Shown here one piece after another: positions 63,195 through 64,000 of a DNA stretch of 64,000 bases. The translations under genes and the position numbers were made by a program. The DNA is taken from assembly GCF_022045235.1 (NCBI RefSeq), contig NW_027266287.1:3658001-3722000 (forward strand), read 5' to 3'. Position 1 is the stretch's first letter, and every line of letters begins with the position of its first letter. This stretch comes from Haliotis cracherodii (Eukaryota). The notes beneath the pieces are model-generated. The model saw only the letters and a program-made list of their open reading frames with translations. It made no database searches and was not told where the DNA came from.

Positions 63195-63316
63195 TCAGAA
63201 AGGCATAAACATCATCATTAACATCATAACAGTATATGGTGCTGCCAATCCACGGGGTATAATTCGGGATGAATCTAGTGTTCGAAAGTACAAACCAGTC
63301 TTAGACCTGGGTCCAT
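63195..63316 (-). CDS. Possible terminal exon of a minus-strand gene extending beyond the window
   Basis: Acceptor cattcttccag|at, reads GPRSKTGLYFRTLDSSRIIPRGLAAPYTVMMLMMMFMPF* with a hydrophobic end; no upstream exon confirmable. Confidence 0.25.
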
Positions 63317-64000
63317 CTGGAAGAATGCGTTTCTGTTTAATTACAAACAGCAGAATTTCTGCACATGTACAAAGCAGGCGTAAATCAAAATTAAACATGT
63401 TGTTTTTAGTTTCAACAAAATCAGTAAATGCACAGTCGTGTCGCTGCGGTGTCTGGTCAAGACTCAGTTGTTTACAGGCCCCGTCGTATTGTAGGACTGT
63501 GGTGTCGGGCAACAAACACTGATGTTGACGTTTCATATACTGACATCCAAAAGAAAGTGCATTTATAGACTGGGAGACGAATGGCTTGGGTTTAACACGT
63601 TTAATGGTATGCCAGTTACAGTGTCAGCCTAATGTGGGAGGAAAGCCGGAAATGATCCAGGTCTCAGACGTTTACCCCTTCGGTGGTTTTTTAATAAGAG
63701 AGTTTTGCTTAAAGAAATGACGCTTAACACCTTTATTAAATTGAAACCCACGAGCACGGGTGTGGTGCTGACAAACCTAGAAACATAATTGGGGCGAGCC
63801 GGGATCGAAACCACAATGGTAGGTTTCGGCGTGTCCAAGGGACGCAACTCCGCATTGCGAATCGCGGGGCCTTAGCTTACTGGCCTTGTAGCATCATGTG
63901 AATCTTTCTTTCAATAAAAACAGAAACTTTTGCGTAAATGACACTCAGATGCGGGTATCACATCAAAGTTACTGCAAAGTCATAAGTCGACGGTTTAATA

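Overview
Eukaryotic (invertebrate, most likely gastropod mollusc; inference from repeat families and gene types) genomic DNA, repeat-rich, with N-gaps at 37.9-39.0 kb. Manual splicing recovers four protein-coding genes, three of which the ORF track misses or shows in the wrong frame: (1) a 4-exon, TATA-driven secreted protein (3979-7581, +, ~329 aa) with signal peptide, RLKR furin-type propeptide, 17 copies of SYYYSPSSSYYGYS (~43% Tyr, ~43% Ser) and an acidic C-terminal coiled coil; (2) a 4-exon TMEM272-like four-pass membrane protein (20632-11570, -); (3) a 12-exon ~1120-aa putative nuclear protein with an atypical GATA-like zinc finger, Cys-rich transposase-like modules and a Gln-rich tail (31530-49359, +); (4) a single-exon rhodopsin-class GPCR (59894-60994, +). 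Mobile DNA includes a near-intact Tc1 (DD34E), P-element and Harbinger transposase relics, LINE fragments, several MITE families, a 4.5-kb TIR-bounded non-coding element, three tRNA-derived SINE families, and a very abundant non-tRNA retroposon whose fixed 5' end can fold into a pseudoknot (candidate ribozyme). There are five minisatellite arrays, one apparently born from a SINE A-box. No CRISPR, rRNA or genuine tRNA genes are supported.
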